Assembly (NCBI GenBank): GCA_964016885.1
Contig: OZ024750.1
Span: forward strand, 54,684,001 to 54,748,000
Length of the DNA: 64,000 nucleotides
Reading direction: 5' to 3'
DNA from: Eledone cirrhosa
Taxonomy: Eukaryota
Shown: positions 26,581-38,994 of the stretch, piece by piece
How the letters are laid out: the number at the start of each line of letters is the position of its first letter
How positions within the stretch are numbered: position 1 is the stretch's first letter
Translations under genes and position numbers: made by a program
Notes under the pieces: generated by a model
Databases searched by the model: none
What the model saw: the letters and a program-made list of their open reading frames with translations, nothing else
Told to the model about the DNA's origin: nothing

Positions 26581-26649
26581 ATGATTTAGAAATATAATAA
26601 TTGTTTCTACTTTAGGCACAAGGCCAGCAATTACCCAGTGCATTAAATA

Positions 26650-27338
26650 ATGATTTCATTTATTGGCCAAAAGGGCCGACATGTAGGGGACAATACAAAG
26701 ACAGGGACAGTGGGGGGGGGGGGTACAATAAGCTCGAGTAAAAGTGCACAATGGCAAAACCAATTTAACAATGAGAAAATATAAAATAAACTATGTATAA
26801 ACATAACAAAATAAAATCCTACAATAGGGAGGGGTGTCGATCTTCACTAGGGACTCAGCTGAGGATTTTCGGAAGTTATTCATCGTCCCTGGCTCGAAAG
26901 TTCTCTGGAACAGATTAGACAGTTTGACTTCGTCGACGCCCAGAGCCTCTCCGAGTGTGCTGTTGCAGTTGCCCACCACCAATCCTCTATAGAATTCAAG
27001 AGTGGAAGTTCCACTGACTGCATTGCCTGCCTGGTAGAGGACAGTGAGTGCCTGGCAACATTCTAGATGCCAGTCACCCAGTCTTGGTCTCTTCTTGACC
27101 TAGGACTGCAGCTTAGTCAAAGAGATGAGCTGTGGAAAGGCCCGTCTGACAAACGGCAACCACACCTGTTCACCGTTTAGGCAGAATATCTGGAGATGCC
27201 GCAGCCTCAGGGCATGTCTGTGCATGATTAGCCATAGCATGCCCAGTCCTCCGCGTAGAGGGTGCTGGCAGCAGATGAACTGCCTCACTAACGGAACCTG
27301 TCCCCTCCACAAGAATTTGAAGGGGAGTCGTTTCAACT
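26650..27338 (-). mobile_element. L1/Tx1-clade LINE 3' fragment
   Basis: FKFLWRGQVPLV..CQHPLRGGLG post-RT motif typical of L1/Tx1. Confidence 0.6.
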
Positions 27339-27344
27339 AGAAAT

Positions 27345-27546
27345 AGAAATATAATAATTGTTTCTACTTTTGGCACAAGGCCAGCAATTATCCGAGTGTA
27401 TTACTGGTACTTTATTTTATCGACCCCATAAGGATGAAAAGCAAAGTTAACCTCGGCGGGATTTGAACTCAGAATGGCAAGGGCTGTAACTCTATGCGTC
27501 AAAGCATGGCGTCTGACCTTCTACCAATACTGCCAATCCACTGCCA
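27345..27546 (-). mobile_element. Octopus-type SINE
   Basis: Same family as 26075-26275. Confidence 0.75.
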
Positions 27547-28450
27547 TTTTATATAATAATGGCAACTTCGTTTGCAGTTTGTGCATTGAATCTTCTGTCA
27601 TGTTCCATTGCTGGTCTCCTATTAGGATCAATAATAATCGAAGCTTCAGGAATATTTTGAATTTGTTCTTTTGCCAGTTGAAATGACACAACATAAGGGT
27701 TATATTCTCTGAGTATAATTTCCAATAATTCAACTGTCGTGCTGAATGCCATCATTATGGAGTATCCTCATCCTCAAATCAACACTATCCTGAGGATCCA
27801 AGAAGTAAATTTGAAGAAATTGGGGTTTGTTGGGATTAGGAGTTAAGGAACCGATGTAATGATGAATTTGACCGTGAATAACGATAGAATGTATTCCATC
27901 CACTCCTTGAGGAACGAACTTCTTCGGCACCAAAAGATGTCATTTGGAACAGGCAGTTGTATTGTCTGAGGTTCTTCCTGAAATCGTTTGCCCTAGGTTT
28001 ATCAGTACTAAATGAATTGTGAAGTTCCTGGGGTAAAGGCTGCAGATTCCCCAGCCTGACTCTTCCATTCATACAGCAAAAGTTAGCAGTTTCACCATGA
28101 AAAGGCATTACATGACAACACAGATTTTATTCATCTGTCCAACATCAGCAGAGAGGTCATGTCGAACTGTCCTTGCTCTATTCCTAATGGTTTGTTGGCA
28201 AAGATGTTCAGCTCTCCGAGCATCTGATTCATGATCTCTCCTGCTTCTATCTCTTCCCCTTTGTTCCGCCAGACGCTCAGCCCTTGCTTTATCACTCTCA
28301 TCGATCCTTCTATTAGCATGCCTGTCTCGATCTTGTTGGCATTGACCACTATCTTGCTCACCTTCTTCGGCTCTCCTTAGCTGCGCTCTCTTCCCACTAT
28401 CTATAGATCAACCAGATGTTTTCTTTCTTCCACCCTGAGGTCTAAGAATA
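27547..28450 (-). pseudogene. Inverted N-terminal segment of the Helitron Rep-helicase
   Basis: FCCMNGRVRL..FRKNLRQYNCLFQMTSFGA..IHGQIHHYIGSL..PQFLQIYFLD..NAQTANEVAIII. Confidence 0.85.
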
Positions 28451-28579
28451 GACAATCGTATTCACCTTAGAAAAAATTCATATTACCTTAGAAAATATTT
28501 TTTTTAAATAATCACTTAAAAATATTTCTATATAATGAAAATATTTTAAAGAAAGCTAAATATAAATATTTACTCGCGT

Positions 28580-28962
28580 TTCGCACGTTACACAGATCCA
28601 TTTGGGTTGTCCAGGAGTGATGGGAAAAGACCTGAGGGCCTTACTCTGTGCCCCTGGTCGAGAGGCAGGTGCCTTGTTTGGGACGTCACAGTTAGTGAAT
28701 CTTGTGACTCTTTTGCTTCTTCACACATCCTGAATGCTGCAGTTAAAATGAGAGTCCAGCTTCCGCAGCAAAATCCTAAAATACCGTGATCTGTCGGCCA
28801 ACTACATTTTCCAGCCAGTGGTGTTCAAGACGTTTGGGAGAGTTGGGCTACTGACTGTGAGATTCCTATCTTCACTGGCAGCTCACCTAACAGGGGTAAC
28901 TGGTGAATCTCGTGAGGATGCTTGGTTGTTCCAGCACATCAGCCTCACCATCACCTGAGGTA
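28580..28962 (+). mobile_element. CRE-like element 3' (RLE domain) fragment
   Basis: RSDGKRPEGLTLCPWSRGRCLVWDVT. Confidence 0.8.
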
Positions 28963-29014
28963 ATACACTGGGTAATTGTTGGCCTTGTGCTAAAAGTAGA
29001 AACAATTATTATAT

Positions 29015-32000
29015 AAATCAGCACCGAACTTCAAGCAAAAGCACAGCACATTGTGTTGAAAGGAAAAGGCAGACAACTGCAAATAATCTCAGAGTCCCAT
29101 CGGTCCTATGACAGTTTGCGGTTGTTCTATATTTTTCCTTTTGGCGATGACGGATGTATCATGAGCTGTTAATGAGTAACAGCAAGAAGTTGACGCCAAT
29201 ACGCTACTATGCCTATCAAATAATGAACCATGAGAATGAATCCAACCAACTTCTCAGAGGCAGTCATTTATTTCAGCAATATTTGGTTGACATGGCTGCG
29301 AAGATTGAAGGAGATAGGCTTCGATACATCCGAATGAATCAAACATCATTGCGATCTACAACATAAAGGGCCTTACTGACACATTGAATGATGGACTGAG
29401 ATATATGATGGAGCGATGCCAGGATGCACATATGGAAGTACGGCAATGCTTCGTTCTTCATCACAATGACATGCAATCCAAACTGGCCCGAAATCCGGCA
29501 AAACCTATTCCTGAAAAAGAAGCCACATGACAGGCCAGAGTATTTGACCTTGTAGTGACCTACATTCCGCGGGCTCACATACATTCTCTGTGCGTGATTT
29601 GGCTCAGTTCAGCCAATCAGCGCCAGTAGAAGAGGATGTATCCCTACACGCCCTGGGAAAGAAATTCCCCGCGAAGATTTGAAGAATCTCTCTCTTGTAC
29701 CAGAAACTTCGAGCCAGCAACACGCATAATGTAACAGTGAGATTTTGCACCATAGCCTCGCCGGCTTAACAGCGCAATGGCACATTCCCTTTTGTAACCT
29801 CTTTTTATCCGTAACTTCAACCATATAAGTTAACAAACATTGTGTGTACTACATCAAAAATAAACATACATTTCATCTCTAATTACTGCTGTTGAAATCA
29901 TTATTATGTTACTCGTGTCTCAATAACATCTATAATCCATGCTGCTGGAATTGGCGACCTGACGAAAGGAATATTGTAAATAGATCGAGGGACCTTCCCT
30001 CACGTCTATGTCGACAAGATAATCCAACGAGGATACTATCACTTACCACACTGGCAACTAACGAACCTTCAATCAACCACCCTGCTAAAGTAACGACTAC
30101 TCTATAACTAATACTGCTAAAACCTGAAGCGGAAACTGTTCATAAAGTATCTTAATAGAGTAGATGGTTTATTTGGCAAGTGCATTGCTTACATGCTGAC
30201 TGTTGAATATTAAAAGCAAGGTTTTCCTCAAGTGGACTGTTTGCTATGGCTCAATGAAGCCGCCAAGCCCAGACCGCAGGAATACAATAAATTCATTCAA
30301 CCCGAAATACCAGATGATCATAAATTGGTGCTGAAGCACATGATCCACGGTCCGAATTGCTCTAACAATTCCCCGTGTTAGAAAGATGGAACGTGCAGTA
30401 AGCAGTACCCTAAGCCTTTCAAGGAACATTCATTGTGTGGAGAGGACTGTTATCCTGTGTATAGAAGACGGCCCCCAGGAATGGGAGGATTTGAAGGGCA
30501 ACAAGAAGGATGGGAAAGCCGAAATATGACTTCGGAATGGGGAGTTCCTTACAATATGAAACTATTAAAACTGTTCAACTGCCACCTAAACATAGAGATA
30601 TACTCTTCCATGAAATCTATCAAATACGTTATCAAATATACCATGAAGAGCAGTGATCAGGCAATGTTTGGAGTGAACAGGGAAGATGAGCTAATACAGT
30701 ATTTAACAGGAAGATATATCGATCCTTCAGAAGCTGTTGCCTCGGTATTTGGATTTCCAATTCATGAGAGGGAACCAGTCACAATTCACCTTCAAGTTCA
30801 TCTACCTGAGGAAAATCAAATCTTCTTTCGGGTCACAGCTGTTGTTAAAGTAAACAATAACATGGCTAAGACAACTCTGACTGAGTTCATGGATCTCTGC
30901 ACTCGCGATCCGTTTGCAAAAAAATTGTATTATGCTCATGTGCCAAGGTTTTACACTTGGAGTAATAAGAGATGGGAAAGGAGGAAGGTGGGGAAAACAG
31001 TTGAGCAGTATCCAGGGATTTCTGAGGCGAACGTTTTGGGACGAGTATATACTGTTTCTCCACGATGTGGTGACCTGTATTATTTAATACTCCTTCTGCA
31101 TCACATCAAAGGGCCAGTATCCTTCAACTCTTTGAAAATGTGTGATGGAGAACTCCTGCCATTATTCAAAGACGTCTGCAGAGAGAAAGGTTTACTTCAA
31201 TCGGATGATCATTGGCAGCAGACTCTGGAAGATGCTGAGCGAACACAGCTTTCCAAATTCATTGTGCACCTCACAAATACAGAAATTAACAATTCCAGTG
31301 CTTTATGGGCTTGATTTAAGAATTCACTGTCTGAGGATTACCTTCAAATAGAAAAAAGGGCTACCAGAAACTGTAACCTTTTGATTAGCGAGAGACATTA
31401 TGATGAATGTCTTCTGTATTTTGAAGACAAACTTAATGACCTGGGCAAAAGTCTTAGTGACTATAACTTGCCAATGCCAAATAATATTGTCGCTAATCAG
31501 GATATTGACAATTTGGAGTTATTGCATGAATTGCAATACAGCAGAGAAGAGCAGCGACAATTTGTAGAAGAGAGGGAGCCTTCCCTCTCTTCTACAAAAA
31601 CACGTGTACGACTTCGTTTGTAATAGTTTAGAGACGAACACATCTGCATTGATTTTCATTGACACTCCAGGTGGAACAGGAAAGACATTCCTGATTAACT
31701 TAATCCTTTCAAAAGTCAGGGGAAACGGCAACATTGATAAAAACTCAAAAATGGCAAACTTCTTCCAGCATACAAGGCTGATTATTTGGGACGAGTGTCC
31801 TATGATTCGGAGGGAAAGCTTCGAAGCTGTTGACCTCACTCTGCGTGACATATGCAACAGCAATGAGGCATTCGGTGGAATTTTGACAATTTGCTGTGGT
31901 GATTTCCTTCAGCTTCTTCCAGTAGTGAAAGGGGGAAATGACGCGGACGTCCAAAATGCCTGCATTAAAAAATTCCTACTTATGGCGAAGCTTCAAAAGA

Positions 32001-32760
32001 TTTCAGTTGAAGACAAACATGCGATTGGGTGGGGGAGCAGGAGACTATTCACAGTTCCTATTGGATTTTGGAGAAGATAAAATCCCCAAAACTGAAAATG
32101 AGGAAATTATTATGCCAAAAAAATGGTTCTTCAAGCAACAACTATGGAAGAATGCATTGACTTCATCTACCCCTCATTCGACAATCCAGCTGAAGTGTTT
32201 TCCAACAATTGCATCTTAGTACCACTCAATGAAATGATAAGAAGCATCAATTCCACCTGTATCAGACGCTTCCCTGGAACCATAAAAGAGTACCGATCCT
32301 ATAATTCTGTGAATGATGGTGCCAATGCCACTCATTTCCTGACTGAATTCCTTGATTCGGTTGAACTATCAGGACTGCCACCACATAACCTGGAATTGAA
32401 AAAAGGATCGCCAATAATTCTAATGAGGAACTTGAATCCTCCAAGGCTTTGTAATGGAACGCGCATGATCGTGGAAGAACTGCACGACAATCTCATAGTA
32501 GTGAGAATCAACACTGCTGCTTTCAGAAATGAGATTGTTATGATAACAATTAATCTATCTGAAGGTGAGGATATCCCTTTGCAACAAAGCCAATTCTCAG
32601 TTTAATCATGCTTTGCATAAAGCACAAGGACAAACTATGGAAAAGATCTTGTATTCCAACATGGTCAACTGTATGCGGAAAATGAAAAGAAAATGTCAGA
32701 GTGTTTCTGAAGGATGCCCAGTCAACTAAGAATTTTGTCATCAAAAGCATTCTTTTGAAC
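29015..32760 (+). pseudogene. Helitron Rep/Pif1 helicase C-terminal part, many stops, interrupted at ~29551-30150
   Basis: YYAYQIM..LFQQYLVD, IKYVIKY, LQVHLP, RVYTVSP..YYL.LLL and Pif1 motifs. Confidence 0.88.
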
Positions 32761-33878
32761 AAACTGTAACAGCATAAATATGAGAAAATATTAATTCCGA
32801 TGTCAGAAAATGAAAGGAAAAGGAAAAACTAAGGCAAGTAAGAATAATTTCTTTCAAATTTTTGTAAATAAAACTAGTTTTTAAGCAGAAACATCTTTCA
32901 AAACAAACAGTCAAACATCCAGAAAAAAGAATTTTGAAGGAAAGTGATTGGACAGCTATTAGTGAAAAATAGCTCGATATTTTCCTTGTGAAAATACTTG
33001 TGAATAATACTGTAAAAAGACAAGTTTCGCGTAAATCGGGCCACGGGTTCCTGAGATATGTGGTCTTTTCGGGTACCTTTATATATAAACAAACCGGCGC
33101 ATAATGGGAAAATACTTTGAAAGTAAGGTACCATTGAAATGTGAATACAAACAGAAAACAAGTTTTGCATAAATCGGAGCACGGTTCCCGAGATACGGAA
33201 AGAGATAGTGGTTGTGAAAGAGTAGATTGAAAGAAAAATGGGAGAGAGAGAGCTTGTGGTGTTCTTGGATGAAATTACAACCGGTGACTGTGTGTGTTCT
33301 ATGACCGGTGTATATAGATCATATATACCCACATATATATATATACACCCACACATATATATATATACACACATACATATATATGTGTGTATACAAACAT
33401 AGGCATTTATATATGTACATACACACATGTATATATATATGGACCTTCCAGTTTCATTTCACATTATATACATGTCTTTTTATTATTTTTAAGTGAACAT
33501 GATTTTTAAAAAATATTTTGAAGTGAACATGACCCAACGGGTCACAGGTGGTCTAGTATAATACTAAAACTCTGTGATTGCTTGCATGTCTGTAATGTAA
33601 TACAGCCAAAAGGGCACATAATGGGAAAATACTTCGAAAGGAAGTTGACCCTTAAATGGGAATACAAATAGAATAAAATAGGTTTTGCGTATATCGAAGC
33701 ATGGGTTCCCGAGATACGGGGTTTCTGGGTACACTCATAAACAGAGAGGGGGGGGGGGGGCGAGAGAGAGGGGAGAGAGAAAGATAGTGGTTGTGAGAGA
33801 GTAGATTGAAAGAGAGACATAGAGAGAGGGAGAGGAGGCAGAGAAGGAAAATGGAAGAGAGAGAGAGCTGGTGTTGTG

Positions 33879-33909
<31 letters not shown>

Positions 33910-34184
33910 CTATGACCAGTGTATATAGATCACAGACACCCACATATATATATATACACACACATGCATGCATATTTATGTACACACACATATTTCTTTA
34001 TATACATACACACACGTATATATATGGTCCTTCCAGTTTCATTTCACATTATATACATGTCTGAGTATACTTTAATTATTTAAAAATTATTTTTAAGTGA
34101 ACATGATTTTCAAAAAATATTTTGAAGTGAAAGTGAACCTACGGGTCACGGGTATCTAGCATATGTGTGTGTGTGTGTATTCTA

Positions 34185-34810
34185 TAGAATGTACACAATG
34201 CAGATCTTGGGTACATAAGAGGTGTAGTGGAATAGTGGACAAATTAACAGGTAGAGAAAACTACATATGCAGTAGATGTTCAGGGAAATTTGACAGACAT
34301 GGCAGTGATAAACACATTTTTCAAATGCAGGTAGGATCTATAGAGGTGGTTGATAGCTTCCAATACCTAGGTGATCAGTTTAGCAAGGGAGGAGGGTGCT
34401 CCGAGGCCATAGTATCTAGAATAAGGACGGGTTGGAAGAAGTTTAGGGAGCTGCTTCCTCTGTTGACAAAGAAGGGTTTCTCCCTACGAACAAAAGGCTG
34501 GTTATATGATGCCTGTGTGAAATGCGCGATGCTGCATTGTAGTGAGACATGGGCAGCAACTGTGGAGGATGTGTGAAGTTGTAGCGTGGGGGAGAGAAGA
34601 CTGCGATGATATGGACATATGATGATGACTGCTGGGTAAAGAAGTGCCAAGAAATCCCAGTGGAAGGAAGACCACGAAAATCATGGGCAGAGATGGTGAG
34701 AGCTGACCTCAGATTGCTGAAGCTCACAGAGGAAATGACGAATAGAGAGATGCTGTGCTGAAGAGGACCTTGCAAGAAGGGAAAGGTGGATGTAAAATGA
34801 TGATGATAAT
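34185..34810 (+). mobile_element. RTE-clade LINE 3' fragment
   Basis: C..C..WVHKRC, VDSFQYLG, RIRTGWKKFREL, HCSETW; ends in (ATG)n. Confidence 0.85.
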
Positions 34811-35789
34811 ATATATATATACACTGTAGCAAGAAGCGAAGGGGCCTCCCTTTGTATCTCCAGGCAGAATCACCTGTTTCATATTTGGTCAGAGAACATA
34901 GCAAATCTCACACCAGCCATGAAAGACAACATCCGCACTTAATGCTATTTTTCTCTGAGGGCACACAGACCACACTCAGTAGCCAGGGTTCCCAGTCAGC
35001 ATTTTATTAACATATCTGCCACCCATCTCATTCGCATCCTCCTCTCACTGGTGAGCACTGATTTAACCCATCTGAGGACAGTCACCGAATCTGTACTAAT
35101 CTCTATGGTACACAACCCCCATCTAAGGGCGAAGAATCACTCCCTTCAGCACGGCTCCTAATTCGGCCATATTGACGTGGTTGCAGTCCTTCCTGAGCAG
35201 GCTGCGTCCTCAAACTCAATGCCCCCTATTTCCAGAGCAACCCCTATTGCTATGCTGCTGGCATCACACCTTACGGTCCCATTCCCCAATTTGGGTACTT
35301 ACCAGCTTCCTCTTACTGGATCCTCCTGCTTTACCCCTTCCTAGTCTCCCTTGCAATTGACTCGCCAATTTCCCACACATTGTGAAAAGTTCTCATCAGT
35401 CCATACCGGTGCTCAGTTCTTGTACTTTATTTCTCCTCTGAAATACCAGTGAGCCCATCTCTTCCCGAGTCCCTGTGTGGATCCTCCTTCCATTGCCTCT
35501 GCCAGTTTCTAGATGGCTTCAGATCTCTGCTACCAACACCATGGTCTCATCTATCAAGATATCATAGATGTAGGAATTGGTGGCCCTCTTCAGCTTGTTC
35601 GCCTTCCTCAGAATGGCCTTGAGAACCATGATCTTCAAAACAGACCCCAGGCTGGTTAGGCAGTAAATGACAATGTTTAAACACAGGATGGACCTAGATA
35701 GAGCAACTGTGACAATCATATCTTCACATGCACCGTATTCGGGACAAGCTGACAGACACCCTACCTCTCACTCTCCTTCACACACATAC

Positions 35790-36120
35790 TAGTTGCAATA
35801 TAAGCAGGCAACTGCCGAACGAATAAGCACGAATTACCAACAGCGGTAAAATTCTAGGTGAGATGGGGCAATGGGTAACACCTGTAGCTCCCAAGAAAAA
35901 TTCTCACAACCCAGTGACCAAGCTATGATGATGCGAGTAAAGACCACCACTAAAAATCCTAGTCTTCGCGGGTTTGACAAAATACCAGATTGGTGACTAG
36001 CACAAATAAGATCACTGAAACTAAAATACGATGAGGAAACCAAAAACGAAACCTACTGCACTGTATAGAACATCACAACCCTTACAGGTAAAGAGTAGGA
36101 ACTAGTGGAGGAGGCTAGAT
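35790..36120 (+). mobile_element. Probable RTE LINE 5' remnant
   Basis: Degenerate endonuclease start (NITTLTGKE*ELVEE) at ~36070-36110. Confidence 0.45.
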
Positions 36121-36770
36121 ACTATTGGACTCTGCTCCCCACGAGAAGAAATTTTACCATGTATATAATGAACCTTTAATTAAAAAATGATTCACAAAAG
36201 AATGAAATCAATAAAAGAAGGCAGTCAGAAGGAAAAAAAAAAACAAAAACAGGTAAAAACTACTCCTTCAATTACTTTAACAGAAAATGTTGGTGTTACC
36301 CTCTAAAATTTCTGGTGCAAAACAAGACACTCACATAATTACCTCAATTGTTAGAGAGTCCTTCAATAACACACTACAACAAGGAATGTTGTTGGCCTCT
36401 AAATTTTATCAGAGTAGACAAGGTATTATCGCAAGTGATAGAGAGTCCCTCAATTACACACTGCAAGACGAATGTTGGTGTTGACAAACCAATGCTGAAT
36501 TTTCTGGCATAGATTTAAAATTAATTTTAAAAGTCAAGAATAGATCAGAGAAAGATTTTAATTTCAAATGAAAATATATTTGTAAAAATGGCCATCGATG
36601 TTTGGAGTCTTGATAAACTGTCGAGAATTCACATTTGATATTGGTGGAAATCTAAACTTATTAGTCTAGATTTGTAAGAGGAAGGATGTCTCGTGTTTCA
36701 CAGTTAAAATTTCCCTTCCTTAGTGTGTTTGTCTAAGTAACTGATAGATAAACACGATTACCCACGTATT

Positions 36771-37844
36771 TCACAGTGTAAAAGGTTTTGCACCAGTGTG
36801 TGTTATTTTGTGTCTAGTCAAGTCACTGGACTTGACAAAAGATTTCCCACATATTTCACAATGATAGGGTTTCTCTCCAGTGTGTGTTCTTTTATGTATA
36901 GTTAAATAACAACTTCTTATAAAAGATTTCCCACATGTTTCACAGTGATAGGGTTTCTCTCCAGTGTGTGTTCTTTTATGTATAGTTAAATCATTGCTTT
37001 TCACAAACGCTTTTCCACATATTTCACAATTGAAGTGTTTCTCTCCAGTGTGTGTTCTTCTGTGAACTATAAGAACAGCACTATCAGCAAAATATTTCCC
37101 ACATATTTCACAGTGGAAAGGTTTCTCTCCGGTGTGAATACGTATATGTCTAACAAGATTAGCTTTCTCAGCGAAAGATTTCCCACATACTTCACAGTGA
37201 AACGGTTTTTCTCCACTGTGACTACGTATATGCCTAACAAAATTGGAATTCAGACTGAAAGATTTCCCACATATTTCACATTTGAAAGGTTTTTCTCCAG
37301 TGTGTGTTCTTTTATGAAGTACAACACTAAAATTTTCAGAGAAAGATTTCCCACATATTTCACAGTGATAGGGTTTCTCTCCAGTGTGTGTTCTTTTATG
37401 TTTAATTAAATCACTGCTACTGCCAAAAGATTTCCCACATATTTCACAATGGAACGGTTTTTCTCCTGTATGTGTTCTTTTGTGTAAAGTTAGACTACTG
37501 TTAGAAGCAAAAGATTTCCCACATATTTCACAGTGGTAGGGTGTTATTCCTGTGTGACTATGTAAGTGTCTAACAAGATTAGTTTTCGCAGTAAAAGATT
37601 TCCCACATATTTGACAGTGGAAGCGTTTATCTTTAATGTGTACGTGTGTGGATAATTCATCTTCCGATGAGAAAGTTTTTCTACAAGTCTCACAGCTATA
37701 TTCAGTAATATTTCTGTGTAATGATCCTTGTTCAGTACATGTTTCACTAGGTAAAAATTTCTCATCACTGTATGTTTGTGTAACTGTATCTACATTGGTA
37801 GAAACAGGTGTGTTAGAAATATTCAAGTGTTTAACATCCTCCAT
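36771..37844 (-). CDS. C2H2 zinc-finger protein, 11 tandem fingers, single exon (start M at 37844, alternatively 37871)
   Basis: Intact ORF with repeated CEICGKSF..L..H.RTHTGEKP units. The upstream ORF extension is microsatellite. Confidence 0.9.
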   Translation of the reverse strand: MEDVKHLNISNTPVSTNVDTVTQTYSDEKFLPSETCTEQGSLHRNITEYSCETCRKTFSSEDELSTHVHIKDKRFHCQICGKSFTAKTNLVRHLHSHTGITPYHCEICGKSFASNSSLTLHKRTHTGEKPFHCEICGKSFGSSSDLIKHKRTHTGEKPYHCEICGKSFSENFSVVLHKRTHTGEKPFKCEICGKSFSLNSNFVRHIRSHSGEKPFHCEVCGKSFAEKANLVRHIRIHTGEKPFHCEICGKYFADSAVLIVHRRTHTGEKHFNCEICGKAFVKSNDLTIHKRTHTGEKPYHCETCGKSFIRSCYLTIHKRTHTGEKPYHCEICGKSFVKSSDLTRHKITHTGAKPFTL

Positions 37845-38994
37845 AGTAATTATTGAATGTTCAGAGCACATATAATTGTGTAAGACAGAAGTTCGGGTGA
37901 GAAAATATGTGTGTGTGTGTGTATATATATATATATACAGAGAGAGGGAGAGATGTGTATGTGTTAGTGACAATAAATATGTTTGTATGTATATAAATAT
38001 GTGTATATGTGACTGTACAGTTACCCTAATAAATCAGGATTGTTCACTACGGAGTGTAGAAAGTTCACAATATCTGCTGTGTTAACAATACAAATAATAC
38101 ATACTTTATATTTCAAGTCCAAGTATAAAGTCAAGAAAGACCAGGAAAGCTAATTGTTCAGATGTTGGTGATTTAATCCTATTTCTTACTGTCCTGTAAA
38201 ATGTGGTGATGGAACATCTACCATGAAACGCGTAGGTCACCCTATGTTATACACAAAATATTAACATGAGATAATTACTACACAAGATATAATTAGATTA
38301 ATTAAAGTTATAATTTAAGATGGCAGGTACGTGGTATCGTTGAGAATGTTTCCTTCCCATGCATGAAACCGGTGTCATACGTTGAAAGTAGCTGACATAA
38401 TTTAGTACATTCAAAAAGACCTTCAGTTATATCAATTGTATCTAAACCCAGTAAAATAATTATTATGTATCAAAGCGGAAGTCTTTTACTTGGTTGTTCG
38501 ATCTGCTAGAAATAGCAGTCAAAACACATTCTGCCGTCTTAAATCAAAGGAAGTAGACATTTGCCTATTAACATATATATATTTATACATCAGTATTGAT
38601 ACAGATATAACACTACGACTGTTAGCGCACCTCATACTATATATCTTAATTAATTACCAACACCAGCGTTAATTATAAATAAATTAGTATGTCCATTCCA
38701 GAATATTACTAAGACTTAATGGCTATATGTACCCATCAAATACACGTTTCCTTGTGGTTGCTGGGTGATATATGTCTTCTGATGAAAGTTCAATAAAATT
38801 CCCAAATCGATTAAACCGCATTTTTAATTCTTTTTTCTTTGCTTGTATTCTTTGTTTCTAACTTGACCACCTATTCCACCCTCCTCTCCACTGCTGGTTC
38901 CGAACGGAATTGACTCTGCCAGCCTCACCTCTCTTACAACTATTAGCCCACCTCCAGCACCGCCCAATCTCTATTCTAGTCCCACCGTTAGAAC

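Larger units (their letters stand above)
22715..34159 (+). mobile_element. Helitron concatemer: three 3' termini plus one large disrupted Rep/Pif1-helicase copy (~23003-33556)
   Basis: A GTGACCC..GGGTCAC-type hairpin followed by CTAG ends at 23002, 33556 and 34159. Rep motifs FFITMTCNPNWPEI and VEY*KQGFPQ; helicase motifs PGGTGKTF, IIWDECPM, GDFLQLLPV, LMRNLNPPRLCNGTR. Confidence 0.88.

Noticed and set aside
34830-35760. Possible LINE or gene fragment
   Set aside because: GC-richer than the flanks, but I could not identify any motif; left unannotated.
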